Made by a program: the position numbers and the translations under genes. The notes beneath the pieces were generated by a model. It saw only the letters and a program-made list of their open reading frames with translations. It was not told the DNA's origin and searched no databases. From assembly GCA_030704615.1 (NCBI GenBank), contig CM060733.1:63116001-63180000 (forward strand): 64,000 bases of DNA, read 5' to 3'. Source of the DNA: Takakia lepidozioides. Lineage: Eukaryota; Plantae; Bryophyta. Position 1 is the first letter of the stretch, and the number at the start of each line of letters is the position of its first letter. Shown here piece after piece: positions 11,771 to 22,689 of the stretch.

Positions 11771-14700
11771 TCACATGGGACGACCTGTGCCAATGCCCGA
11801 TTGTGCAAGTCCCCGCAGCAACGTTTGCACCTCAGACGAAAGAGCCAGGCTCCCTCCCCCATTCACTGATGCTCCTCTACTCTGAACAGTCTTCTCTCTT
11901 TCCCTCTCTAATGCAGATAGCGAACCCTCACTTGCTGAGTTCGGTACACTTGCTGTGGGTCGGGGTGAGTACGTCGTGGACCATGACCTTCCATTTGACC
12001 CGGCCAAGGCCATGATAGCATCCGCCTGCACAGATAGAATTGCAATCTCAACCGTGAGAATCAATTCCTCTTATGCCACACTTCTGACTGCATTACTTTC
12101 CGATAAACAGAGCAAAAACGTTGGTGACTGTTGGCTGGGCAACAGGTAAAGTGGTTTTTACTTGAGACCTCAACTTCACATAATAAGACCATTGTACATC
12201 TCCCCCCTAGACTATTATGATCAACACCAATGTACTCACCTCAGTAAATGAAATGGCTTGAGTTACAATTGATCACTGCAATTCTGTCTAAACTTAAACA
12301 GCTGTAATACAACAATAGACACTTCTTTAACCGTGCGCTCAATTCAGACACTAGAAAGCCGCACATGTAACTTTCCTCTCAATCTCTTCCTCCTGCCAAA
12401 ATCCACGGGGCATCCAATACCAACCAGAAGGGGCTGCCCCCTTAGCTTCACAAACTAGCTGCCAGGAACAAAGTGACTTACCAACTTCATCGTCACCTAG
12501 TGTCCAAAATTCTATGCAATAGTATCCCTTCAGAATTCTGAATACTGAAGGAATACTTCAGATTGCTTAGGGTAAGCAAATCTCTGAGTGCTGTAGTGGA
12601 AGGACCACAAATAGGCTTGTCTCCTCAAACCCATCAAATAAGCCTCTCACAAAGTGGTGGTCCTAAAGGCAATGCAGTACCAGTGTCACCTTGTGCAGCT
12701 CTATTCACCAGGAGAAGAAGCACAGAGCCCTGTTCTATGCCTTGACTTTGCCCCAACCAAACCACAGCCAACTCATAATCTGCATAGTTGCATCTTTCTC
12801 ACTTTGCTCCTCTCACAAAGTGCCAATCCTTAAGGCAATGCCGTTAAGGTTTCACCTTCTGCAGCACTACTGGCAAATATGAACAAAAGGAGAAAGCACA
12901 GGGTCCTGTTCCTTGCCTTCACTTTGCCCCAGCTCACTCATAATCGGTTTGTATTGTATCTTTCTTTCTCAAATCTCCAGTATCAATGGATGGATATGAG
13001 CAGTCTCTTCAAAGAAATTCAGGACAGCCAGACACAACGTCACATTTTTTGTAAGGGAGCCCTTACTCAGCTTTTTTCTCCCTTGTCATTCCTCCGGTCT
13101 TTGTCTTTGGGTTATACACTGTCCTTGGGGACTAGCGTCAGGACAAATTACTCTGCACCTCTGCTTCTCCATCTCTCTCACACAGCCACATTTCCACTAA
13201 TGGATTGGATGCTTCACCTTGTCAGGAGGTACATCGTCCAATACATGCGCCTGCCCTCCATAAAAAATGGTAAGCTGTCGGCTGGCTGGTGCAGTACCCT
13301 GGCGACTGCAGAAATAAGTGCATAAGAAAAGTGTTACACTGCAAAACTTCTAGATACCTTCCCAGCAATAAGTGAGGTGTTACAAGAACAGAAACTCGCC
13401 ATCTTCATATACCGGAGCGTAAACCATCGCTCTTGCCACTGCGGATCTCTGCCGAGGCCTAGTGATTGCACAACTTCAAGTTCCGACTTGTACAAAACCC
13501 CAAACATCTATGACACATGATGAAGTTACTGCCTCATAAAAAACTAAACCACGCCCTTCTTTCCACTAACTATCTAGGTCACAGTTAATGCTGAACATGT
13601 CGCACTTGAGAAAGAATTGCCTTCCCGCTCGGAGACCTCTGGCTGAGGTCGATTATTTGCTGTTCACACAGCCTTGAAGACCACAACAACGATGTCTAAC
13701 AACCACAACATCAATCCAGCATATTCAACCTAGTATGGAGTGCATGCCCGGCTATGACCTGAGACCCTGCCAAAGCTACAAGACTCTATGTGGCAAGGAG
13801 CCTCACATGTAAGGGGAAATTTGTCGTGGAAATTTGAGGATAGTCGACCACAGCATCCAACAATTCAAAGGATGGAAATGAGTGACCTTACCAAGAGGGC
13901 AACATTGAATCAGAACCAGCACTATGAGCAGAAATCTTTGGTCGCCGAGGTGTAAGGGGTGGACAACTTGATCCACCAGGAGTTGGGGCAGCCGTGCTGT
14001 TGAGAAGAGCTACTAAGGGTGACCCTGTCAATCCAGTGCGAGAACCTTCATCCGCGGCGGGCCGAGCAATGAGAGGTGGTGTGGCCATAGTGTTCTCCCT
14101 TGAAGCTACGACAGATAGCCTTTCTGTCCTTTCTGCACAAGCACCAAGGTGGCTGAGGCGGGGCATTGCTAGCCCTGTATTACAGTGCAAAGGCATATGA
14201 CCCTCCACTTTCTTGGGGGTTCGATTGGACAGTTCTGGCTTGCAAGTTTGCTGCAGCCATGGCAGACCATTTGATGAAGGTCGCGGAGGTTGCATGGACA
14301 GGCGTAGATCATCCAGAGATGGTGCAGCGTCTCCAGAATCCACTCGTCTATGAAATCTCTGCTGTTCAAACCGAGTAACCTGGAAAGCAGTTGTTCTAGA
14401 ATGAGAATTGCACAACCACCCAGTAGGAAGTCTGTCATCAACAAGACCATGTGTAGTCCACCACCAGCTGTAGTGAATAAATTCTTGGCACTCAATCCAG
14501 GCTTGTGGGAGCGAACCTGCAAAGTCTAATGCAACATTGAGTCTATACCAATCAATTAGGCTGAACATCCATAACTTGCACTGAACTAGGTAAGCCTAAG
14601 GAGATTTGGTACAGAAATCTTTTCTCGATACCTTCAGGGGCCGGGAGTTCTCAATGGCCTCCACACTCATTTGAAGGCGCTCCTGTAAAGACTCCCTGCC

Positions 14701-15662
14701 GCCAGGAGAGTCCCTCTTTTTTGCAACTCTAACATTATCTAAGTCTGGCTTGTAAAAAGCACTCCTGATGCCATGATGCTGGAGTGCTCCTGCCTTACCC
14801 AGTTGCCAACCAACTGCAAGAGAAATCACACAAAGCCAAGGGTATGCCTTACAATTGTACTAAACCATCACAAAATCACTGCTCAAGGAGTGGCCACCTC
14901 TTTCAATGGAAGAACAGGAGAAAAATCCGTAACCAGAAGACCATTCCCAATGATGAACACCCATCTTATCATCCACATGGGAAAACTCGAGCAGACGAGA
15001 CGCTTCAACATCGAAGACATACCTTGCAACTTCACAAAGCAGGAAAAGATCTCTTGGGACGTCAGAAAACAGTAGCTCAAATTGAACTGATGAACCCAAC
15101 TCCAACTCGATTAAGACAAGTGGATGAGTAGATTCATCAACATCTGAAACGCAACCTACCCGCAGCTGGAGGACAAGAGAGAAAAGAAGACACAAACACA
15201 AAAAACGGATTCCTGCAGCTCACTTGAAACCAGCCGACACATGAAGAAGCAGCATAAAACAGCACGGAGGAGGGGAAGACCCTATGTTGGTCCATGTTAA
15301 TGGAAACTCCTGAAAGCTTAGGAGTGAAGGGCTGAACGGACCAGAAAAGATAGAGAAAACGAGTTCAAACCTGAGCCAGGATCTGAAGAGCTTGGAAGCG
15401 CGATACCAAATGGCGCGGAGAGAAATCCAGGAGCAGAGCAGGTTTCAAATCGACCACTAGTCCCTGACGAGGCACGGGTGGCGCTGGTTTCTAAGTCAGC
15501 CTCAGAATCGAAGCGAGCGCTGCTGCGTGAAGGTCGAGCTACATCTGAGGACTTGTGCTCAGGCTGTATGGCCTCATCTCTGTGGGCAAGGCCGAGAAAA
15601 TCGCGGAACACGGGCTCATCTTTTTCGGCCATTACTAGAGTCATTGTTGTTGCGTGTACCAT
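11771..15662 (-). CDS. TIFY8: TIFY8-like transcriptional regulator (TIFY/ZIM domain, no Jas motif); coding exons 15662-15371, 14813-14632, 14379-13892, 13305-13218, 12025-11771; 434 aa
   Basis: All introns are GT-AG and phases are consistent (1,0,2,0; total 1305 nt). N-terminal VFRDFLG, central MQPPRP, and QLTIFYGGQAHVLDDVPPDK|ADAIMALAGSNGRSWST, which is typical of TIFY8. Confidence 0.9.
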
Positions 15663-16626
15663 GAGACCGCCAAGCTCATGGCATGTGACTCACTGCTCAG
15701 TCACCTGATGAGACATCATCGTGTCAAGCAAGGCCAGTCGTGTGTTAGCAAGTAGATAAACAGCGCACCACAAGTTCCTGACTAGAGGATGCGAAAATGC
15801 TAACGGAGAGATTAAGCCCTCGTTACAACACTGTGACAAAATAGTCCCTTCCCGGAGCAGATCAGATCTGCCTATCGCAAAAACAACCATAGAACTGACT
15901 TTCGGTCACAAAACCTGTTCAACCTTATAATTCTTCGTGAAGACTTCAAACACAAGTTGGCAAGTCAAGTCTTCGGCAGCCAGTTTCACAATCCTCCTAC
16001 ACGGAGAGAGCCGCTCTCTGGTCTTATCTTACCACACATACTTCAGACTAGACGCTCTCCAATCACCATTTCTGCATACTTCTATCCACTGCATCCTGCG
16101 TCTCTGTACAGCCGAAGCCAAAAAGAGAGAGACGAGGGTGCAAATAGAAATCAACTCTGCTTTCATTACCGCCACTTCCCAGCAGAAACTCAGCAATCAT
16201 TCCAATCAACCCCCGTCACAAAGACCAGTTCAGGGAAACTCCACTCCTTCTCTCGAGTCCTATGCCAATCGACACCTTTACAAACACCTTTTCGGCCCAA
16301 ACTCCTATCCCCTCTTCCGTCCTCCAACTTCGCAACCACATTCGAGCGCAAGCTCCTCCCTCTTCCCACGAGGAATATCAAGCTGCCACGAGCAACAATG
16401 TACACGAGAAAGGTCGTGAGGCGGGGGGATCGTAGCTCTCCGCTGCCTGCAAGATGAAGGCATCCGTGGCTAAAGCAACACATCCATTAGGGCGCCCGCG
16501 GAGACGTGACCCGGCGAAAGAGCGGTCCGGATTGGCACTCTTGGAAATTTAAGGCACGCTCTGACTAAGTATAGCCAAGTCAGCAAGAATCTACAACTTG
16601 ACTTTCACACTACAGCGTTGTCATGC

Positions 16627-16632
16627 CACGTG
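16627..16632. promoter_or_regulatory. G-box (CACGTG) upstream of the TIFY8-like gene
   Basis: gcCACGTGg about 1 kb upstream of the ATG; function is inferred only. Confidence 0.35.
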
Positions 16633-16964
16633 GATGGATGGCAGTGGTATGGTTGTATATTGGAGGTAGTTAGGTGGGGTGAAAGGTGAGCGAGGGCGGT
16701 GGCCACATGGGGCTGGGTGCGGGCGGGGGTGAAGGGAAGCTGCCGGGTTGACCCGCGTAGAGCGTTTAATGCGCGGGTTGACTATTCATGGCGCCATCTG
16801 TACGCGCACTAGTCAACCTGCCCTATTATTGATTCGTGAAGACCCGGCCGGGATTTCTTAGTTATACCTAGAGATGTTACTCCTAAGGTTTATGCTCTTG
16901 TGAGCCGTCTGATCGAGGGAATCCCAGCCATCAAAATCCAAAATCCTTGCTGTTTCTTTATGCA

Positions 16965-18292
16965 GGTGAGGCCCTCGTAATCAGGGTTTTTTTTGAAGGA
17001 TTTTGAAAAGGGGTATGAGCGGCTATATATATTGGGTGTAGGGTAGTGCAAGTGGCCCCGCCCACTCTAGGCAATTTTCCTCCAATTCGTAGGCTACATG
17101 TATTTCCACTCTTGCCATACAATGGATTAGGTATTTTTGCGTCTAAATCCAAAATCAATCAATCAGAAAATTAGGCAATTAAAAAAACAGGTTCTCAAAT
17201 TAGGCATTGCATGCTACAATATTTTAGAATTAGGCACATGAGAAGAGAAAACATCTATTTTATTAAGAATAAAATTACAAAAATAGACACCCAATGCCCG
17301 TGGCCCTTCCAAGCTCCAGCTACCTTTCATTTCCTTTGAAACCCTAAAAATGCCCTTCTTTGTTGTACGCGGTGCTCCAAGGCTCAAGCTGGTACAAGCA
17401 AGCTCTCCCTTCGCTCTTACACTTTAGGTGAGTTCAATATTGATACTCCACACTAGTGTAGGCACGTTGGTACAAGGCTTTGGTACATTGGTCATTGGGT
17501 ACACTGGTTGTCATATTGGTATGCTGGTGTATGGTGAAACCTCTTATATAATGGTACTCTTGAATGCAATTTATATGAAGTTATTTCCGCACGCATATAT
17601 TTGTATTGATTTTTGTTTAATGAAATTTTGATCTTATTACAAACAACATGAGAAGAGGCTTGCAAGTTTTTTGGTGGAATTTTTGGGCATTAGGCACTTT
17701 GGTCCCATGATTTCCCGAAATTAGGCTTAAATCTGAAAAATTCACAGAATTTGTTAGGCACTTTTATTTTGAATTAATTATCGCCTAATCCGTTGTCCAG
17801 GGACGGTATTTGGCGAATCAAATGGATGTTGATGAGCAATAGAAGGCGAAGTACAGAAATAGTTGAAAGCCATAATAGACCAATGGAACTCTTTCTATGT
17901 GAAAACCATAGGCTAATTGGTAGAAATGAGGTGTATAGTTTTGGCAAGACAGGGGACGAGCATCTCCATGGAAACGGAGGAGGCTCCACAATCCTAAACC
18001 CACTCCTCATCTGGCCCGTCAGATCATCCTGCATGGGGCCCGCCATGGCTACATCTGTGCTCTCCCCGTGGGTCGACGGGCGAGGACCTTTTTTAGACCC
18101 CCCAATTTTTGGTGAAAACTGCCTTATTTGGACGTCTTTTTCCCTCTGTTTCATTCGCCAAGGGGATTTTCAGGCGGCCAAATGGCGAAAAATCGCCAAG
18201 AAAAAAACGCTGCTCGTAATAAGGGGGCTTCCTAAAACTTGGCACTCGGCCATCCGAGTTTAAGGAAGGCCCCCCTCCGAGGGCCTCACCGT
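16965..18292. mobile_element. Non-autonomous TIR element(s)/MITE-like; an inner element spans about 17114-17807
   Basis: 13-bp inverted repeat ggtgaggccctcg (16965-16977) / cgagggcctcacc (18278-18290); inner inverted repeat acaaYggattagg (17119-17131 / 17784-17796) with repeated attaggca motifs; AT-rich interior. Confidence 0.55.
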
Positions 18293-18459
18293 ACACTTTA
18301 CTATATTTATGATACACAACCAGCAGCTTAGTTGGATAGTGCACTTCATATTGCCATAGTGGTTTGAGGTTTGAGGCTCCAATCTTGTTACCTTGTGCTC
18401 CGTCATATTTGTTGCAAATTCTCATTTCAGTATCGTTTAATGGAAATGTGGCATTGCAG

Positions 18460-19565
18460 GGTGACTGAGAATGCCTTCATTGCCACCAACTTGTCGAGAC
18501 CACATGCTCTTCCGAGTGAAGAATGTCGGGAAGCAGGGGGTGCAAGAGTTTGCCAAATTCGCTCAGTGCCGACCTACTGCGCAAGTCGGAGGCAAAGGTA
18601 GACAGAACCTGGTATAGGCTGAGCATGGACGCCATGGTGGACTACATATTTCGGGTGCAGCGCTCTCTTCTTTTGTTGACGTAATCAGTATTTGCTCCCC
18701 CAATCGAAGAAAAAGTGTGGACCAGGATTTCTAATCTTATGTGCGCATTGTTGACAGACGAAAATTGAGCAGGATTTGGCACATGCGAGGAGGTTCTACA
18801 TGGACTCAAAGGAGAAGAAACTAACCCTTCTGACACTGGAATCATATCTTAAAGCTGCAGAGGCGAAGGCTCGCGTCAAGTACAAGTCGCGGATGGTGAG
18901 TACGTGGCCATTGCTGATCCCGCCCTCAGTGTCGACTTTCTGGTGGAGGTGGAGAAGCGCTACTCCCGCGCTCTTAAGCCCGCGATGACACTGGAGAAGC
19001 TGCATTGTCTAGCCACAGCTTGTGTGGTTGCAACAGAGAAGGTTATACATTCTTAACCAAATTTTCTTGTGGCAACAATTCGTTTTCGTGATGTCTTGCG
19101 CTTACTAATATGCACGCTGGTTGGACAGACCCGATGGCTCCAAATCTGAAATGGGTCCCAGAGTACACTGGACATGTGGAGCTTCCCAAAACCCGACAAA
19201 CTGTCCGACCCCACATTCAACATGTGGATGAATCGCATGACATGGTGGTTTCAGGTACTTTCCCACGCTTCATTTGGCGCTTCTACTCTTGTATCGGGTG
19301 GATTTCCTGTAATTCTTGAGGAATGATGTCTGATGGAGAATCTCTGCAAGTGACGACGAATGTGCAAGAGCAGCTTGACACCCAAGCACATCAGTTCAAG
19401 CTGGAGATTGCAGGAGAAGCAGAGAGCCTCCGCGACTATGTGACGAGGTACTTTCTGCTATACAAAACCGACCTGTTCTTTCGAGAGATACCGCATGCCC
19501 GGAGGAGCCATGAGTTCACCGACCAGCCGAACGCGGACAAAGAGGCAATGCGCCTTCTGTACATG
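18460..19565 (+). pseudogene. Middle exons of a putative ParB-like/amino-methyltransferase gene (frameshifted)
   Basis: Series of ag|exon|gt blocks: VTENAFIATNL..HMLFRVKNVGK..WYRLSMDAMVDYIFR; ..YVAIADPALSVDFLVEVEKRY..TLEKLHCLATA; ..RYFLLYKTDLFFREIP..RLLYM. Confidence 0.55.
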
Positions 19566-19689
19566 TAAATATGCGGTGCTCCTCTTTGATCCGTGACCAT
19601 TGTAGTCCCTGGAGTTTGTGGATGTAAAACACCTTATGTGGGGCATGACAATTGGTTGTGAAGAAATGTCTAAGTCCCTGGGGTGCCTG

Positions 19690-20370
19690 CCCCCGAGACA
19701 GAGAAAATGGCGCCGAATTTCCAGTCTTGGTGAAAGCCACCCCAGGGACTAGCCATTTGGAAGCCCCGAATCTGGAAATTCGGCGCCATTTTCCCAGCTT
19801 GGGGCCCAAAATGGCTATGTCCAATGAGGGGCTGGCCACGATACGGGAAAAATGGCGCCGAATTTGCAGTCTAGGTACTATCCACCCTCGGGACTTAAGC
19901 CATTTCTTGGCCTTGGAACTAGAAATTCGGAGCCATTTTTCCAAGTTGGGCCCCAAAATGGCTAAAGTCCCAGAAGGGGCTGGCCCCCAACCTGGAAAAA
20001 TGGCGCCGAATTTCCAGTATCAGTGCCAGCCACCCCAGGGACTTAGCCATTTCCAAGGCCCGGAACTGGAAATTCGGCGCCATTTTTCCAGGTTGGGTCC
20101 GAAAGTGGCCAAGTCCTAGAAGAGGCTGGCCCCCAACCTGGAAAAATGGCGCTGAATTTCCAGTTTCGCTGCCAGCCACCCCAGGGACTTAGCCATTTAT
20201 GGGGCCCGAAAGTGGAAATTCGACGCCATTTTTCCAGCTTGGCCCCAAAACGGCTAAGTCCCAGAAGGGGCTGCCTCGCCCACGGGAAAAATGGCGCCGA
20301 ATTACCACTTTCGTTGCCCGGCACCCTGGGGAGCCGGGAGCAGCGCCCCCCCCCCCCCCCCCCCCCCCCC
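19690..20370. repeat. Array of alternating inverted AAAATGGCGCCGAATTTCCAG units (~73-bp spacing, ~146-bp period) ending in a poly-C run; probable transposon end inserted into the MTase gene
   Basis: About 9 units, near 19705, 19775, 19850, 19922, 19997, 20070, 20143, 20215 and 20288; C-run at 20346-20369. Confidence 0.85.
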
Positions 20371-20372
20371 GC

Positions 20373-21522
20373 ATGTACACTGACGTTATGGTGAAGGAGT
20401 GGCATCTGGAGCATTTGCGCGACTGCCCTTGGTATGTGGACCTTCCGCTCGGAGGGATCGACGCCTCCGAGTTTCAATTGAAGCTGGATGCTGAGGCCCG
20501 CCAAAACTGAACTCCACTGCCTCCGCTGGATCCAAAGGAGGCGAAAGCACTTGCCAAGTCCAGGAAAGCGGCAGAGCTTGCTCAGGCAAGTATTCAGGAG
20601 AAGTTGAATGAGAAGAAAAAAGGGTTGAAGAAAAGGACACGGAAACAGGGGACTGCAATAACCCCAAAAAAACAGAAAATTAGCGGGGCGCGAGAAGAGG
20701 CGCAGGAGGGGCCCGAAGGGAGTGACTCGGACGACGACTTTGTGCAAGGTCTTGCCCCTGCTGCTGCTGCTACCAAATCACCGATAGTCCGGGTTCCCAA
20801 GTCAGTTTGGACCCGGACTGGCTCTGCCAAGAAGTTGGCATTTGAGGGCGAGCATACACGACGGTATTCGGCGGTGACGTTTCCCCATAGGCCAAAGTTA
20901 GAACCCCCAACAATCATTCAATGCGTCAATGAGAACTTCCTTGACGCTCTGGCTGCCAGAGCGAAGAAGGTGGCACACAACAAGTCTCTGGAGGAGCTGA
21001 AGGGGAAAGCAAAGAAGAGGGCTGCCGCTACAGAGCCTAAAGACACCCCTGGTTTGGAAGCCATCATGGAATTCTTCACGGCTATGAGCAGGGATTGTAA
21101 GAGCACTCCGGGGGGGGGTGTGGTGGAGAGAGCTTGCGATATGATTCTCCTCGATATTCCAGATGGAGAGCTGCTGGAGGGCCTGGATGGTGTGCCCACC
21201 TGGAACAAGTTTACTAAGGACTACTGGAGAGCCGGGTTTGGGCTGGCGGGGATGCCCTTGGATGACGGTGGATGTATGGTGGTCCTTGCCACAAGAGGGA
21301 AGACGACAGAGAATGTTGTGGCAAGGTGGACACCGAAAAGTGCCACCCCGGTCCTCCTCAAAAACTGGTTCTGCAGAAATAGGCAGGGGTTGCGAACAGA
21401 GGGCCAGAGTGTAAGTTATCAATCTATTGCCTTCACTCCATATCATGGTGTATCTAAACTAGACTTTGGAGTTGATCCCTCTTTTGTTGGATGTGCAGAC
21501 ATTGGTGTTTGAGGCTTTGTGA
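20373..21522 (+). pseudogene. Beta-class amino (N4C/N6A) DNA methyltransferase-like exon, copy 1; 3' end truncated
   Basis: CDMILLDIPDG...PTWNKFTKDYWRAGF...LDDGGCMVV...KNWFCRN gives the motif IV region plus the LxxGG strand typical of N6_N4 MTases; intron 21411-21498; interrupted at ~21530 by a repeat. Confidence 0.7.
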
Positions 21523-21529
21523 AGAGAGG

Positions 21530-22359
21530 GTCTACGTCATTTCATCCATCCACCTCCTTAGGGCGAATTTAGGATTTTTTATCCGTCTATGAAGCAAAAA
21601 ACACAATTAATCGGGTCTCGTGAGTGTCGTTGACTTGATAATTTGGTGCTGTTACTAATCTCCTCCATAAATCACCAAACTTGGTGAAAAATCATAATTT
21701 AACACCTTGTAGATGCCTGAAAAGTTTCAGGGTGATTGGGGATGACCAGATTTTTCTATCGCCGGTTTTCGCCGTCTCGTCATCTCGGAAGTTGTTCCTT
21801 CTTAGGAAATATATAACTACTGGTGGCCCTGAAGGTCTCTGGCCCTGCCACTGGGTCCTAACCTTCCCGGAGCCTTCTCCTACATGCTCCGCACCGTTGG
21901 GGAGTCACATCTTCACCGTGAAGCTTACTACTCCGCCGTTTGCTTCGATGCAGCATCTTGCTTTGTCGCGATATTTCATCACTGCACAGATGGTTTCTTC
22001 CAATTGCCAAACTCCTCACCGTGTGTTCATACTGGACTTGAAAGACGGGAGAACAGAGAGATGCAATACGGGACGCGAACACTCGTCATGTATTGTTTGA
22101 ACAGGTGCGCGTTGTCGTTACTGGTACCGAATTGGCAGCCTAATCCGCTGTCGATGCAGCTTCCTACGGTCATCTTGATGCCAGAGCTTCTCTCCATGGT
22201 CGTCGCAAACATATTCTATGTTCCTATGTGCTTTACCAACGATTCCCAAATAACTAACAAACTACCCTGTTTTGGCAGTACAATTCCGAAACTGTTTGTC
22301 TGGAGATCAAAAATAATTTGAATAGAAAAATGTACCATTATATGCATCTACAGTGGACA
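21530..22359 (-). mobile_element. Partial LTR-like repeat, inverted homolog of 41625-42370
   Basis: Shared blocks, e.g. cccagtggcagggcca, caccaagtttggtgattt, tgtaRatgcatata. Confidence 0.7.
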
Positions 22360-22689
22360 TGAGTTAATGTCAAGAAACAACAAGGCAAATGGAAAAAACG
22401 GTTAAGGATGAATTCATGGGAAATCCGTCAGGGCCAGAAAGAGACGGAAGGGTGTTTGAAATCAAACACGTGGCCGAAGGAGAGGGGCTCCCTCCATTGC
22501 ATGTACTGCAAGGGAGAGTGACATCATGCGACACGACAAAATAAGCAGCCGAAGTACCCACCCGGTACATCCGCCGCAACTAATCCAGGGAATTTAAGTG
22601 CGCAGGAAGGACAGGACAATAAATGTCTTACCCGACCACCTAAGGGGAAATGCCAAATTTGTGAACATGTTGGCTATTCGAAAGAAATG

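Noticed and set aside
15937-16483. Coding ORFs upstream of TIFY8
   Set aside because: Overlapping low-complexity frames in the probable 5' UTR/first intron, with no motif.
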